Origin: a bacterium
GTDB lineage: Bacteria; Bdellovibrionota_C; UBA2361; CALJRW01
Length of the DNA stretch: 64,000 bases
NCBI GenBank assembly: GCA_031385045.1
Contig: JANNBC010000007.1
Span: forward strand, 64,001-128,000
Direction: 5' to 3'
The translations under genes and the position numbers were made by a program. Position 1 is the stretch's first letter, and each line of letters starts with the position of its first letter. The notes beneath the pieces are model-generated. The model ran no database searches. It was not told the DNA's origin and saw nothing but the letters and a program-made list of their open reading frames with translations. Below, piece after piece: positions 30,190-40,691 of the stretch.

Positions 30190-30606
30190 ATGACATTACA
30201 CTTCCTTGCCAATTGGATTGAAGCAAATATTGAGCTAATACTCTTCACCTCGGTCAGTATTTTCGTTGCCTCAATAATCTTAATACCATTAATTATTATT
30301 TATCTACCACCAAACTATTTTGTTCAAAAATCAGAAAAAAAAGGAAATGTTTTCTACTGCTGGTCTAAAATAATTCTCAAAAACATATTGGGTGTAATTT
30401 TGATCAGCATTGGCTTACTAATGGTCGTACTCCCCGGACCAGGTATCATTATGATGATTATCGGCTTAATGCTGGTCCAGTTTCCAGGTAAGCGTCGCTT
30501 AAAAAATTATTTCTTAGGAAATCAAATTCTTCGAAAACAGTTAAATTGGATTAGGAATAAAGGAAATAAAGATCCTTTCATATTTAGTTCTGGAAAAAAC
30601 AGGTGA
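30190..30606 (+). CDS. PGPGW-family membrane protein
   Basis: KNILG...LPGPG...FPGKRRL. Confidence 0.7.
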   Translation: MTLHFLANWIEANIELILFTSVSIFVASIILIPLIIIYLPPNYFVQKSEKKGNVFYCWSKIILKNILGVILISIGLLMVVLPGPGIIMMIIGLMLVQFPGKRRLKNYFLGNQILRKQLNWIRNKGNKDPFIFSSGKNR

Positions 30607-31859
30607 TTTATTTTGGAATTATCATTGCAACAGTTATTGCGACACTCCTTGCACTCAACTTCACCAGATCAGAAAAGGTACTTTATCACTGTATCAAGCA
30701 CCTTTATGGAGTATCCGATCCACAATTTAAAATTTCTATTGGCTATTTACTTAGGCCTCCATTTCTAGAAGGGAATAGCATTACTCCCTTAACTAACGGT
30801 GTAGAAATTTTTCCAGCAATGCTAAAAGATATTCGCTCAGCTAAAAATTCGATCTGCTTTGAAACCTACATCTATTGGTCCGGTAATATTGGCCAGCAAT
30901 TTACTGAGGCTTTAGTGGAGCGAGCGAATGCAGGCATCGCGGTCCATCTGATACTAGATTGGTTTGGTGCTTATAGAATTAAGAAAAGCTTACAAATGCT
31001 AAAAGAATCTGGAGCGCAGGTTCAAATTTTCCACCCTCCCAGGTGGCATACTCTTTCCCGTCTTAATAACCGGACTCATCGCAAACTCTTAATTATTGAT
31101 GGGCTCATTGGCTACACTGGTGGGGTTGGAATTGCGGATCGCTGGCAGGGGAATGCCCGCAATCCAACAGAATGGCGTGATACACATTTTCGTGTGCAAG
31201 GTCCAGTAGTAGGCCACTTACAATCTTCATTTGTTGATAACTGGATTAAAACATCTTCTAATGTCTTACATGGGAAAAATTATTTTCCAGAACTTCACAA
31301 GCAAGGTTCCTCCTCTGCTCAAGGCTTCAGTAGTTCAGCTGCCGGTGGTAGTGATAGCGCCCACTTGATGTTTCTATTTGCAATTGCTTCTGCAAAGAAA
31401 AAAATCCTGATTAGTTCAGCTTACTTTATACCAGACAAATTACTTATTAACGAACTGATTGCCGCCCGTACGCGAGGTGTAGAAATTCAAATTATTTTAC
31501 CAGGACATCATACAGATGCTAAACCAGTACAGTGTGCCTCGCGGGCTTGCTGGGGGAAGTTACTGCAACATGGAGTTAAGTTTTTTCAATTTCAGCCGAC
31601 AATGCTTCATTTGAAAATCATGCTTATTGATCAACTCTGGTGCACGGTTGGCTCAATGAACTTTGATTACCGTTCTTTTCACCTAAACTTTGAATCAAAT
31701 TTGAACTTCTTTGATCATGAACTAGCAAATAAACTAGAAAAACAATTTGAAATGGATCTGGCACAATCTCTAGAAGTAAAATTGCAAGATTGGAAGAATC
31801 GCCCGTTTATTCAAAAAACTATGGATGCAATTTGTTCTCTAGGTCGAACACAATTTTAG
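30603..31859 (+). CDS. cls: Cardiolipin synthase (phospholipase D family, ClsB-like)
   Basis: Two HKD motifs HRKLLIID and HLKIMLID; WRDTH; GSMNFD. Confidence 0.9.
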   Translation: MIYFGIIIATVIATLLALNFTRSEKVLYHCIKHLYGVSDPQFKISIGYLLRPPFLEGNSITPLTNGVEIFPAMLKDIRSAKNSICFETYIYWSGNIGQQFTEALVERANAGIAVHLILDWFGAYRIKKSLQMLKESGAQVQIFHPPRWHTLSRLNNRTHRKLLIIDGLIGYTGGVGIADRWQGNARNPTEWRDTHFRVQGPVVGHLQSSFVDNWIKTSSNVLHGKNYFPELHKQGSSSAQGFSSSAAGGSDSAHLMFLFAIASAKKKILISSAYFIPDKLLINELIAARTRGVEIQIILPGHHTDAKPVQCASRACWGKLLQHGVKFFQFQPTMLHLKIMLIDQLWCTVGSMNFDYRSFHLNFESNLNFFDHELANKLEKQFEMDLAQSLEVKLQDWKNRPFIQKTMDAICSLGRTQF

Positions 31860-31938
31860 CTAACTAGTGACTTCTGGCTTTAATACTTCATTCGTTCTTC
31901 TCTCTGAAGATCTATGACTATTCACAATAAGTTAAGAT

Positions 31939-32691
31939 TTAAATATAGAAGGAAAGCTGATTAGATTGTAGCCCAAGAAAACTAATATTCTGCAAAATTG
32001 CTTCGCGTAAATGATCATCCCAAGTATTAGGATCAGAGCGAAAATGTTCAATGCTACTGGAATAAAATGGAAAGTTTAAACTTTGAGAAGCTTTATTCGT
32101 AGTTAACTCCAATCCATCTTGAGTCTCATTAGATTGATAACTAGCGATTGTAACGCCTTGCTCAGCAAATGCTAGTGCCACCATTCCAGTCAACAGATCT
32201 TGTTTACTATGAGTTAACAGTAACTTCGGCTTAAGTTCTTGAACTAACTTGCGAATTGCGGCTGATAAAAACAAAGCAGACTTTTGCAATTTACTAATTT
32301 GAATATGGTCAGCATTTTGGCACTCAGAATATTTCTGAAGTAACTCACTGCCTCCTGCAGGCAAACTATTTTGTAAAAAACTTAGATCAGAGAAATGCTG
32401 GTTAATTTTTTTTAGCTCCTCTGCGGATAGAAAATTAGATAAGACTTGCTCCGATAGATTGGCCCAAGCATTTAGTCCTTTTTGGGAATTCATGCAGGCC
32501 AAACACGGTCGCTTGCTATTTCCAACTGTGTATAGATCCAAGCTACAACGTTCCAAGCAGCCATCACATTTAATTGCAAAGACTTCCGATTTACGATGTA
32601 CTAAATAACTGGCTAATAAGAAAATGAAATTTGCTGAAATTAAATCAGTATCAGGGAAATTTCCATAAGGACTAAAGAGCGCAATCCTCAT
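31939..32691 (-). CDS. Hypothetical protein with Cys cluster and glycosyltransferase-like N-terminus
   Basis: MRIALFSP start; CDGCLERC...PCLAC. Confidence 0.65.
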   Translation of the reverse strand: MRIALFSPYGNFPDTDLISANFIFLLASYLVHRKSEVFAIKCDGCLERCSLDLYTVGNSKRPCLACMNSQKGLNAWANLSEQVLSNFLSAEELKKINQHFSDLSFLQNSLPAGGSELLQKYSECQNADHIQISKLQKSALFLSAAIRKLVQELKPKLLLTHSKQDLLTGMVALAFAEQGVTIASYQSNETQDGLELTTNKASQSLNFPFYSSSIEHFRSDPNTWDDHLREAILQNISFLGLQSNQLSFYI

Positions 32692-33392
32692 AGGGTCTGA
32701 ACATTCTGCAAAGCATTAGACTGTCGATTACGCTCAAGATAAAAATAAACTATTTCGGGTGCTGGAGTTTGTAAATGATAGCTATTTATTAACATCTCTC
32801 CTTGGCTCGTCACTTGATTTAAACCTGATTTCAAATAGTCATCACTAATTCTTAATTCTTGAACAGAGCCAGATAACAATTGATTAGTTGGTTTTTGTTC
32901 TGAGCGAACAAGACCGGCAGGCAAACCATTGTTATAGACAACATCAGAAACATTAATCGCAACTAAAGAACTAGTTAAATCTTCGCTGGAACGACAAACA
33001 CCATTTAATTCAAAGTTATGAGCCGAATTAATTAGCCGTGCTTCAAAACGAAGGATCTGATCAGCTCCAATTAACTCCGTTAAGCAAACTGAGTTACTTA
33101 AATCAAGTTGTGGTTGTTGTGGACATTTTAGCTGTAAGGAAACTCCGTATAATCCATTGTACTGACTAAGCAATGCTGGAAAAACTTGATCAAGAATAAT
33201 TCCGTCTGGCTGAGAAAGACGTGCGCCCTCCATAGTAATTTGGACAGTCTCGAAATCGTTACCAAAGACACTAAGTGTCAACTCAACCGGGTAAGTTGAT
33301 GAGATTGAACCTGAATATGGGAAAAAATGAATTGCTGTTTTAACAGTAGAATCATGATAGGCGAAAGAAACCCAGTGATAAACTTTTGACAT
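32688..33392 (-). CDS. Hypothetical protein
   Basis: 234-aa ORF, ATGA overlap with downstream gene. Confidence 0.7.
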   Translation of the reverse strand: MSKVYHWVSFAYHDSTVKTAIHFFPYSGSISSTYPVELTLSVFGNDFETVQITMEGARLSQPDGIILDQVFPALLSQYNGLYGVSLQLKCPQQPQLDLSNSVCLTELIGADQILRFEARLINSAHNFELNGVCRSSEDLTSSLVAINVSDVVYNNGLPAGLVRSEQKPTNQLLSGSVQELRISDDYLKSGLNQVTSQGEMLINSYHLQTPAPEIVYFYLERNRQSNALQNVQTL

Positions 33393-33393
33393 T

Positions 33394-34197
33394 TTATTCC
33401 ATCACCTGTTGAGTAAAATTAGTTCTTGAGTATTTTTGCTCTAATAATCTCACGGAAAGATCATTAGATGTGTAGCTGACAATTCTTAAATAGGCCTGCT
33501 GATCATGATGCGGATCTAATTCCAAATACTCCGCAAACTCTTCTTCAATAATTAAATTCTCCGCTCCAAAGGCCTTAATCTTAATCTCTAATTCCGGAGA
33601 TCTAGTTCCCGTATAAAGTCGGACCTTCAACATACTATCACTCTGACCCAAGCTATTTAGAGCAATCATATTTTGAGATTTAGTGGAAAGATGTAGCGGA
33701 AAGAACCCAGCTTTTTCTCTGCTTAATTTACAAACTGGACTAACTGTCAGCTCCCGATTACTGGTATTAATCTCACAGCTATGTGCAGTTCCCGCAGCAG
33801 AAACAACTTCAACACTTCCCTGTCTAATTCCAGCTTGCAACTTACAGTTACTAACTAAACCATCAAGCTCAACTAATCCCGGCAATCCATGAACAAACTT
33901 AACATTTAGCTGATTAGTTAGTTGGCCATCGATATCATAAATTTTAATTTGATGCTGATTATGCGCATCTTGGCGAGCAGGAGAAATGTACAATGTTGAT
34001 TGAAAATATTCATCTGCTGCAAACCAAAAGAAGGATCGCGAATATTCAGCCACCTGAGACATTACAGAAGCAGAAGATTCTTTACTGATATTATTTGAAT
34101 CTGAGAAGATAAAATTTTCCTGCATACTAATTAGGATTTGACTGTTAAAAAGATTGAACCCTAGGGGTGGATAATTTTTCATGAGAAAATACATCAC
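33394..34197 (-). CDS. Hypothetical protein (start possibly 34125)
   Basis: Long ORF ending 1 nt before the next start. Confidence 0.7.
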   Translation of the reverse strand: MMYFLMKNYPPLGFNLFNSQILISMQENFIFSDSNNISKESSASVMSQVAEYSRSFFWFAADEYFQSTLYISPARQDAHNQHQIKIYDIDGQLTNQLNVKFVHGLPGLVELDGLVSNCKLQAGIRQGSVEVVSAAGTAHSCEINTSNRELTVSPVCKLSREKAGFFPLHLSTKSQNMIALNSLGQSDSMLKVRLYTGTRSPELEIKIKAFGAENLIIEEEFAEYLELDPHHDQQAYLRIVSYTSNDLSVRLLEQKYSRTNFTQQVME

Positions 34198-34502
34198 ATC
34201 AATAGGACAATTTAAGCAATATCTTACACCAGTTACGGTGTAGAATAGAATTACCGAATCAGCAGAATAACTTACAACTAACGCAAAATCAAATCAAAAA
34301 TCATCTAAATCAAACTCTGAAACACCTTTACTCAGAAGCCTACTACGGAACCCCAAAGAACTTTAAAAACTACCAAGAAAATTACCTTTTCATCTACGAT
34401 CCTAGCTGATTTCTAAAGTTGGCGAATAATTCATATTTGGATATAGTAATTTTAACTTAATTCTATTTTCATCTTGATCCATAATACGAGCAAAGCTAAT
34501 CT

Positions 34503-35483
34503 ATGAAAAAATTACTTCTTAAAATCCTCCCGTGGATCATTACAGTCGTGGCACTTTATTTAGCCTTTAAAGGCGTGCATATTCTTGAAGTAACTGAAAC
34601 TATCCTTGCTGGCAATCCAATCTGGCTTGGGATAACAATTACACTGACTATCTTCTCCTATGTTTTAAGAGCCTATCGCTGGCAATTCTTTTTTCCGGAA
34701 AAGGTAATAAGCTTTGCCAATGCCTATAAGGTGTTAGTGCTGGGGTTTTTTATGAACAATATCTTACCAGCTCGGGCGGGAGAAATTGTTCGGGCACATT
34801 TAGGTGCAAAATTCACTAACACAAAACGTACCCTCGTATTAGCAACAGTTGCTAGTGAGCGCTTAACTGATGGACTAATCATTAGCATCATGTTTGTAAT
34901 CTATGTAATCCTTACTCCTAAAGAAGCTATCTCCAATGGGATGCTATTTGTTGCTGGTATGTTTTTCTCGGCAACATTAATGGTTCTCTTACTATTAGTA
35001 CTTCGAACGCAAATCTTTAATTATGCAGAGAAGCTAGCAAATCGTTTTAATAATAAAGCTATTCTTTATTCAGTGGATCGATTTCAGGTTTTTATTAACG
35101 GGCTTGCTCCGATGTTTAACCGTCGCCGACTTCCAATAACGGCGAGTCTATCACTAGCGATTTGGCTGATTGAATTGCTAGCTTACTATGCCATCGTTCG
35201 GGCATTTTCTGCCGATTTAACTCTTTTCTCATGTATCCTTTTTTTAGTGGCCGTAAATTTTAGCTCATTAATTCCAGCGGCGCCTGCAGGCATTGGTGTT
35301 ATTGAAGCAGTGGCTTCAGGAGTCTTAGTGGGTCATGGACTTGATAAAGGCCTGGCACTATCAATGGTTATTTCTCAACATTTAATTCAAATCTTAGTGA
35401 TTGCAATCCCCGGAATATACTTTACTGTGACCTTAAAAAAACATCTAAACGCTATTAAAACTGAGGCTAATGACGATCTTTAA
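34503..35483 (+). CDS. Lysylphosphatidylglycerol-synthase TM domain / UPF0104 flippase-like protein
   Basis: LRAYRW, NNILPARAGEIVR, ERLTD, PAAPAGIGVIEA. Confidence 0.9.
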   Translation: MKKLLLKILPWIITVVALYLAFKGVHILEVTETILAGNPIWLGITITLTIFSYVLRAYRWQFFFPEKVISFANAYKVLVLGFFMNNILPARAGEIVRAHLGAKFTNTKRTLVLATVASERLTDGLIISIMFVIYVILTPKEAISNGMLFVAGMFFSATLMVLLLLVLRTQIFNYAEKLANRFNNKAILYSVDRFQVFINGLAPMFNRRRLPITASLSLAIWLIELLAYYAIVRAFSADLTLFSCILFLVAVNFSSLIPAAPAGIGVIEAVASGVLVGHGLDKGLALSMVISQHLIQILVIAIPGIYFTVTLKKHLNAIKTEANDDL

Positions 35484-36252
35484 ATCTGCTAAGGACTATT
35501 GGAAAGAAATTGAGCCCGAGATTAGTCATTTTGACTTGGCAATTATCATTCCTGCTTACAACGAAACTAAGAGAATCCCAAAAACTCTAAGACAACTTCA
35601 AGAATATTTTTCAGCTTCAAACTTTAACTATCAAGTAATTGTTGTTGATGATGGTAGCCAAGATCAAACTAGCAGCGTAGTAACTGCGATGGCTTCGGAA
35701 ATTAATAATCTAGAGGTCGTTACATTACAACCAAATGTCGGTAAAGGCTGGGCCGTCCGCTCTGGTGTTTTAGCCTCTCGGGCCAAATTAATCCTTTTTT
35801 GTGATGCTGATGGAGCAACACCTTTCACTGAATTCGCCAAGCTTTATCAAGAGCTTCAGGCTGGGGCTGACATCGCTATCGGCTCCCGAGCAATTCCGAA
35901 TTCAGAGGTAACATTAAAAACTAATTGCCTACGAAAATTTTTAGGTCGTAGTTTTAACTTCTTTGTAAATCGACTAATTCTACCGAAATTTTACGATACT
36001 CAATGTGGCTTTAAGCTTTTTCAAGCACCAGCTGGTCAGATGTTATTTTATTTATTAACTCGTAGGGGATTTAGCTTTGACTTAGAAATCTTATTTTTAG
36101 CAGAGAAGTTAGGATTTAAAGTCAAAGAAGTAGCCGTCAATTGGACAAATGTTACTGGTTCAAAAGTTAATATCCTAAAGGACTCTCTAAAAATGTTTTT
36201 AGATATTTTTAAAATTAGACTTTACTGGCTAAAACACTCGGATAAATCTTAG
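35470..36252 (+). CDS. GT2 polyprenyl/dolichyl-phosphate glycosyltransferase
   Basis: IIPAYNE, VDDGS, GKGWAV, DADG, DTQCGFK, FDLE. Confidence 0.9.
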   Translation: MTIFKSAKDYWKEIEPEISHFDLAIIIPAYNETKRIPKTLRQLQEYFSASNFNYQVIVVDDGSQDQTSSVVTAMASEINNLEVVTLQPNVGKGWAVRSGVLASRAKLILFCDADGATPFTEFAKLYQELQAGADIAIGSRAIPNSEVTLKTNCLRKFLGRSFNFFVNRLILPKFYDTQCGFKLFQAPAGQMLFYLLTRRGFSFDLEILFLAEKLGFKVKEVAVNWTNVTGSKVNILKDSLKMFLDIFKIRLYWLKHSDKS

Positions 36253-37357
36253 GCCAAGCTTCTGCCCCCATTTGTTCTAAAAACCCTGTATACCATTCCC
36301 TCAAGACAACGGACGAAAGCTTCCTAGAACTTTGCAAATCTTGATTATTTTGTATCCCTCCAACATGAATTAAAGATAACTTAGAATTTTGTCTTTGGAT
36401 TTCCTGGCTAGCAGATCTAATCTGCGATTCAGCAAAGGCTTTAATTGCTTGTCCACTTAGCCCACCTTGATACTTACTAGTATAAAATTTCCAAAGTTTT
36501 TGATCTGTCGAAGTAATCTGTGAATCAAAATTAGCGTAATTTTTTTGAGTGTTAGTTAGCACCAACCCATCTACTTGGAGTTCCGAAAATAAATGAATAT
36601 TTTCTGAAACTGAATCTAAAAATCCAAGCTTCAAAAATATTGGTAAATATTCCGAAATTGAATTACGGAGACTGATGATGGCAGAAATTCTTTTATAAAA
36701 TAAAGCTTGATCTTCATTATGATCACAGTTTGGGCAACTTTCGTTTATTTCAATAAAATCAACTAGGCCAGAAGCTTTTTTAATTGCTGTTAATAATCCG
36801 GCCAATTGCTGTTCAGGATTATGCAAAGGATGTCCCATCAGGCTTAGACCAATTGGAAAATGCCTGCTCGAGTCTGGGAATTTTAATCTGAAGTTTTTAA
36901 TATTCTGAAGGGCAAGATCAATCCCTTTATTAGGAAGTCCTAAAGAATTAAGCGCAGAATTAGAAAAGCTTAGTGGTACCCAAGGATTAACTTTTCGACC
37001 AAATGCAGAAATTAAATTACCTTTATGGGACTCTGATAAAGTAGTACCAACAATGGCAAAGCCTGCCCCGATCTTATAATTAAACTCTAACAGGGAGCCA
37101 TCTTTATCAAAACCAGCGGCGTTACCTAAATCATTTCTAAAAAGCAAAGAATTTTTAAAAAGAGTCTGGGGATTTAACTCTGCCTCAATTAACGGCATCC
37201 TACTTGCGTAATCGGCTAATAATTTAAGATAGCTACCACGACTAGCTGAGTATATTTTAATAACTATTTCAGGAGGCAAAAATCTAGCAATCAAGGGGCG
37301 TAATTTATGCTCCAGATGCGTAATAGTTTGAATTGGAATCATTAAAAGTAGTATCAA
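36215..37357 (-). CDS. pyrD: Dihydroorotate dehydrogenase
   Basis: GNAAGFDKDG, NSLGLPNKG, INESCPN, LTNT, GGLSG, VGGI; divergent from pyrF. Confidence 0.85.
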   Translation of the reverse strand: MILLLMIPIQTITHLEHKLRPLIARFLPPEIVIKIYSASRGSYLKLLADYASRMPLIEAELNPQTLFKNSLLFRNDLGNAAGFDKDGSLLEFNYKIGAGFAIVGTTLSESHKGNLISAFGRKVNPWVPLSFSNSALNSLGLPNKGIDLALQNIKNFRLKFPDSSRHFPIGLSLMGHPLHNPEQQLAGLLTAIKKASGLVDFIEINESCPNCDHNEDQALFYKRISAIISLRNSISEYLPIFLKLGFLDSVSENIHLFSELQVDGLVLTNTQKNYANFDSQITSTDQKLWKFYTSKYQGGLSGQAIKAFAESQIRSASQEIQRQNSKLSLIHVGGIQNNQDLQSSRKLSSVVLREWYTGFLEQMGAEAWPKIYPSVLASKV

Positions 37358-37459
37358 TCAAAAGCTAGTAATTTGTCAAAAGCTTAGATAATGAATTGGG
37401 ATACTAATAGCAGATTCCACAATTGACGTTTTTCGTAACAATTTCTACTATCCCCCACC

Positions 37460-38299
37460 ATGTCTACCTTCCTTGAAAAGCTACGTTTAGCCAGAGAACA
37501 AAACGATTCTTTAGTCTGTGTTGGGCTGGATTCAGATTTTAATTTAATCCCTGAGTTTCTTAAGAAAACAGCGAATCCAATTTTTGAATTTAATAAAAAA
37601 ATTATTGATGCTACGGCAGATCTGGTTTGTGCTTACAAGCCCAACTCAGCTTTTTATGAATCACAAGGGAAATTAGGCTTAGAAGCCCTAGAGTTAACAA
37701 TTGAATATATTCCGGAAAATATTCCTGTAATTCTGGATGCCAAACGTGGAGACATCGGTAACACTTGTGAACAGTATGCAATTTCTTGCTTCGAACATTT
37801 GAAAGCAGATGCCATTACCGTTAGTCCTTACATGGGATTTGATAGTGTCAGTCCCTTTGGCAAGTATCATGGGACTGCAACTTTTGTGTTGGTAAAAACA
37901 TCTAACCAATCAGCAGAAGATTTACAAAACTTGCACTTAGCAGATCACCAACCACTTTACACTAAAGTCTGTGAACTTTTAAAAGAATGGCAGGAAAGTT
38001 GCCCAGCAATTTTAGGTGCTGTTGTTGGAGCAACTTACCCAGAAGATTTAAAAGCAATTCGCCAGTTATTACCTGATGCCCCTCTTTTAATTCCTGGATT
38101 AGGAGCTCAAGGTGGTGATACTAAAAACACAATTTTAAATGGGCTAGGTCCCAGCGGGAATGCGCCCATTATTGTGAATTCTTCTAGAGGTATTATCTTT
38201 GCTTCTAATCAGGAAGATTTTGCTGATATCAGCCGTCTGCGATGCAATGAATTTCGTAATCAATTAAACTCTTTTCGTTTACCATTCAATCATGTCTGA
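37460..38299 (+). CDS. pyrF: Orotidine-5'-phosphate decarboxylase
   Basis: CVGLD, YKPNSAFYE, DAKRGDIGNT, PGLGAQGG, NSSRGI. Confidence 0.95.
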   Translation: MSTFLEKLRLAREQNDSLVCVGLDSDFNLIPEFLKKTANPIFEFNKKIIDATADLVCAYKPNSAFYESQGKLGLEALELTIEYIPENIPVILDAKRGDIGNTCEQYAISCFEHLKADAITVSPYMGFDSVSPFGKYHGTATFVLVKTSNQSAEDLQNLHLADHQPLYTKVCELLKEWQESCPAILGAVVGATYPEDLKAIRQLLPDAPLLIPGLGAQGGDTKNTILNGLGPSGNAPIIVNSSRGIIFASNQEDFADISRLRCNEFRNQLNSFRLPFNHV

Positions 38300-39152
38300 T
38301 CTAAATTGGCTCTTTTCCACCTCAGCAGTAAAAATTGCCCCCGCGGATCAACAATTCTGGTATACCTCAGGATTAATTGGACCATATTACATTAATACCC
38401 ATTTTCTTTGTGGAGGAGAGACGGAAGCATTAGCCATCTTAAATTTAATTGATAATCAGGCTGCTGACTATAAAAACTTTCCAACAATTATTACTAATAG
38501 ACTAAAAGAGGTCTACGCCAAACATAAAATATTTCAGGAATTAATTGATGAGCTGTCTAGACAGGTGAATCTTTTAGCAAAAAAAGAAGATATCACTTAT
38601 ATCTCTGGTGGCCAAAGAAGAGACTGGTTTTTTGCGCCAATTATTGCTGAAAAGCTAGGTATTCCCTGTCTCTATATTTACAATGATTTAAAAGTTTTTG
38701 ATCAGCAAGGCCAAGCAGTAACTAATATTCATTCCGCCAAGGTTATTAATATCGCCGACTTGTTAACAGCTGGCTCAAGCTATACAGACAAATGGCTACC
38801 TGCGATTAAAGCTATTAATGGTCAGTTAGTTGCTTCCGCAAATATTGTAGATCGCTCCCAAGGTGGGAAAGCGAACCTCGAAGCTGTTGATATTAAACAT
38901 AATATTCTTATCTTTACGATTAATCAGGGCTTTTTCAACCTAGCTTTAGAACAAAATTATATTAATGCAGCACAACATCAAATTCTTAGTAGCTACTTTG
39001 AGAATCAAGATCAGTCGATGAGAGATTGGCTAACTGCCAACCCTGATTTCCTAACTAAAGCCCAGAACTCCAGTGACCCGAAAACACAAAATCGGGCCAA
39101 AACCTTAATCGAGAAAGACCTCTATCGGCTGAATGATCATATTAAAATTTAA
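38292..39152 (+). CDS. pyrE: Orotate phosphoribosyltransferase, divergent long form
   Basis: FWYTSGLIGPYYINTH, PRPP-binding NIADLLTAGSS, VDRSQGG; overlaps pyrF. Confidence 0.7.
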   Translation: MSDLNWLFSTSAVKIAPADQQFWYTSGLIGPYYINTHFLCGGETEALAILNLIDNQAADYKNFPTIITNRLKEVYAKHKIFQELIDELSRQVNLLAKKEDITYISGGQRRDWFFAPIIAEKLGIPCLYIYNDLKVFDQQGQAVTNIHSAKVINIADLLTAGSSYTDKWLPAIKAINGQLVASANIVDRSQGGKANLEAVDIKHNILIFTINQGFFNLALEQNYINAAQHQILSSYFENQDQSMRDWLTANPDFLTKAQNSSDPKTQNRAKTLIEKDLYRLNDHIKI

Positions 39153-39203
39153 GCTAACATAGAAATACTGTATTAATTACCAGGGCAATTCGGCTATAAT
39201 TGG

Positions 39204-40691
39204 TTGATGGGCACGACAAATACGGATCTCTTGTTCGACTATTTAAATAGAATAAGAGAACTGCATGGATACGAACCTCAAGCCACTCTTCCCGCAGAAA
39301 TTATCAAATCAAAAGTAGCTTTCAATCAAAACCTACGAATAGCAATTATCAAATCAGCTAAAGTTTTTGATAACATCAAAACAACTTTTCCTGAACTACT
39401 AAAACTACCTGAGCTGGAAGCAATAAAATTGCTTCGATCAAATGTTTTAAATTTTTATCCTGAAGATTCCGGATCACCTTACATTGCTATTGCTTCTCAG
39501 GGACCTTGGATTGTCACATTTCATGGTGGTGTAATTTACACATGCGGTGGTTACGGCATTTTAGGCTTTGGCCATAACCCTGATTTTATTTTAGAAGTTT
39601 TGGCTAAAGAACAAACGATGGCTAACATCATGACGCCAAACATTAGCCAATATCGTTTTACTCGAGCATTATTAAATAATATTGGTTTTTCCAAACCAGC
39701 ACCCTATGAAAAATTTGCTTTAATGAATACTGGCTCCGAAGCAGTTTCCGTTGCTGCTCGCATATCTGATGCCCATGCCAAAACAGTGACAGAACATGAC
39801 CAAATACATTTTGGTAAAGAAATAAAATATCTGGCATTACTTGGAGGCTTTCATGGTCGAACTTATGATGCTGCACAAGCTTCTAGCTCTAGCTATAAAG
39901 CTTATCAAGCAACGCTAGCATCTTTTCGTAATTCTAAAAAATTAGTTACTGTTATTCCAAACGATCTAGAATCATTAGAAAATGCTTTCATCCAGGCTGA
40001 AAAAGATAATGTTTATTTTGAGATGATGTTTATTGAACCCGTTATGGGAGAAGGCCGCGCGGGCTTTGCGATCACGCCAGAGTTTTATGCCTTGGCTAGA
40101 AAACTAACCCAAGCACACAAAAGTTTATTACTAGTTGATTCAATCCAAGCCGGACTTCGCTGTCATGGAGTACTAAGCATTAATGACTATCCCGGATTTG
40201 AAAAATTAGAAGGTCCAGACATGGAGACCTTCTCCAAAGCAATTAACTGTGGCCAATATCCATTATCAGTTCTAGCCATTAATTCTTATACGGCCGACTT
40301 TTATAAAACTGGTATTTATGGCAATACCATGACTGGCAATCCTCGCGGTCTAGATTTAGGTGCTGCGGTTTTAAATCAAATGACACCAGCGGTTCGAGCA
40401 AACATAATTAACATGGGTGTAGAATTTAAAAATGCCCTAGAAGTAGTTCAAGCAGAATTTCCAGAAATTTTAGAGGAAGTCTTAGGTCAAGGACTATTAC
40501 TTTCCGCAAAAATAAATCCAAAATATCCCGTAGAAGGCCTTTATGGAATTGAGCATCGGATGAGACTTAATGGTGTGAATGTGATTCATAGCAGTGGTAA
40601 TCGTTTAAGATTTACTCCTTGGTTTTTAATTAACAAAGAAGAAATTATTCTAATCCAACACTGTCTAAGACAAGTCTTAAAAAATTTATGA
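39204..40691 (+). CDS. lat: Class III PLP aminotransferase, probable L-lysine 6-aminotransferase
   Basis: GGYGILGFGH, FHGRT, EPVMGEG, DSIQAG, TFSKA; coupled to ALDH7 gene. Confidence 0.75.
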   Translation: MMGTTNTDLLFDYLNRIRELHGYEPQATLPAEIIKSKVAFNQNLRIAIIKSAKVFDNIKTTFPELLKLPELEAIKLLRSNVLNFYPEDSGSPYIAIASQGPWIVTFHGGVIYTCGGYGILGFGHNPDFILEVLAKEQTMANIMTPNISQYRFTRALLNNIGFSKPAPYEKFALMNTGSEAVSVAARISDAHAKTVTEHDQIHFGKEIKYLALLGGFHGRTYDAAQASSSSYKAYQATLASFRNSKKLVTVIPNDLESLENAFIQAEKDNVYFEMMFIEPVMGEGRAGFAITPEFYALARKLTQAHKSLLLVDSIQAGLRCHGVLSINDYPGFEKLEGPDMETFSKAINCGQYPLSVLAINSYTADFYKTGIYGNTMTGNPRGLDLGAAVLNQMTPAVRANIINMGVEFKNALEVVQAEFPEILEEVLGQGLLLSAKINPKYPVEGLYGIEHRMRLNGVNVIHSSGNRLRFTPWFLINKEEIILIQHCLRQVLKNL

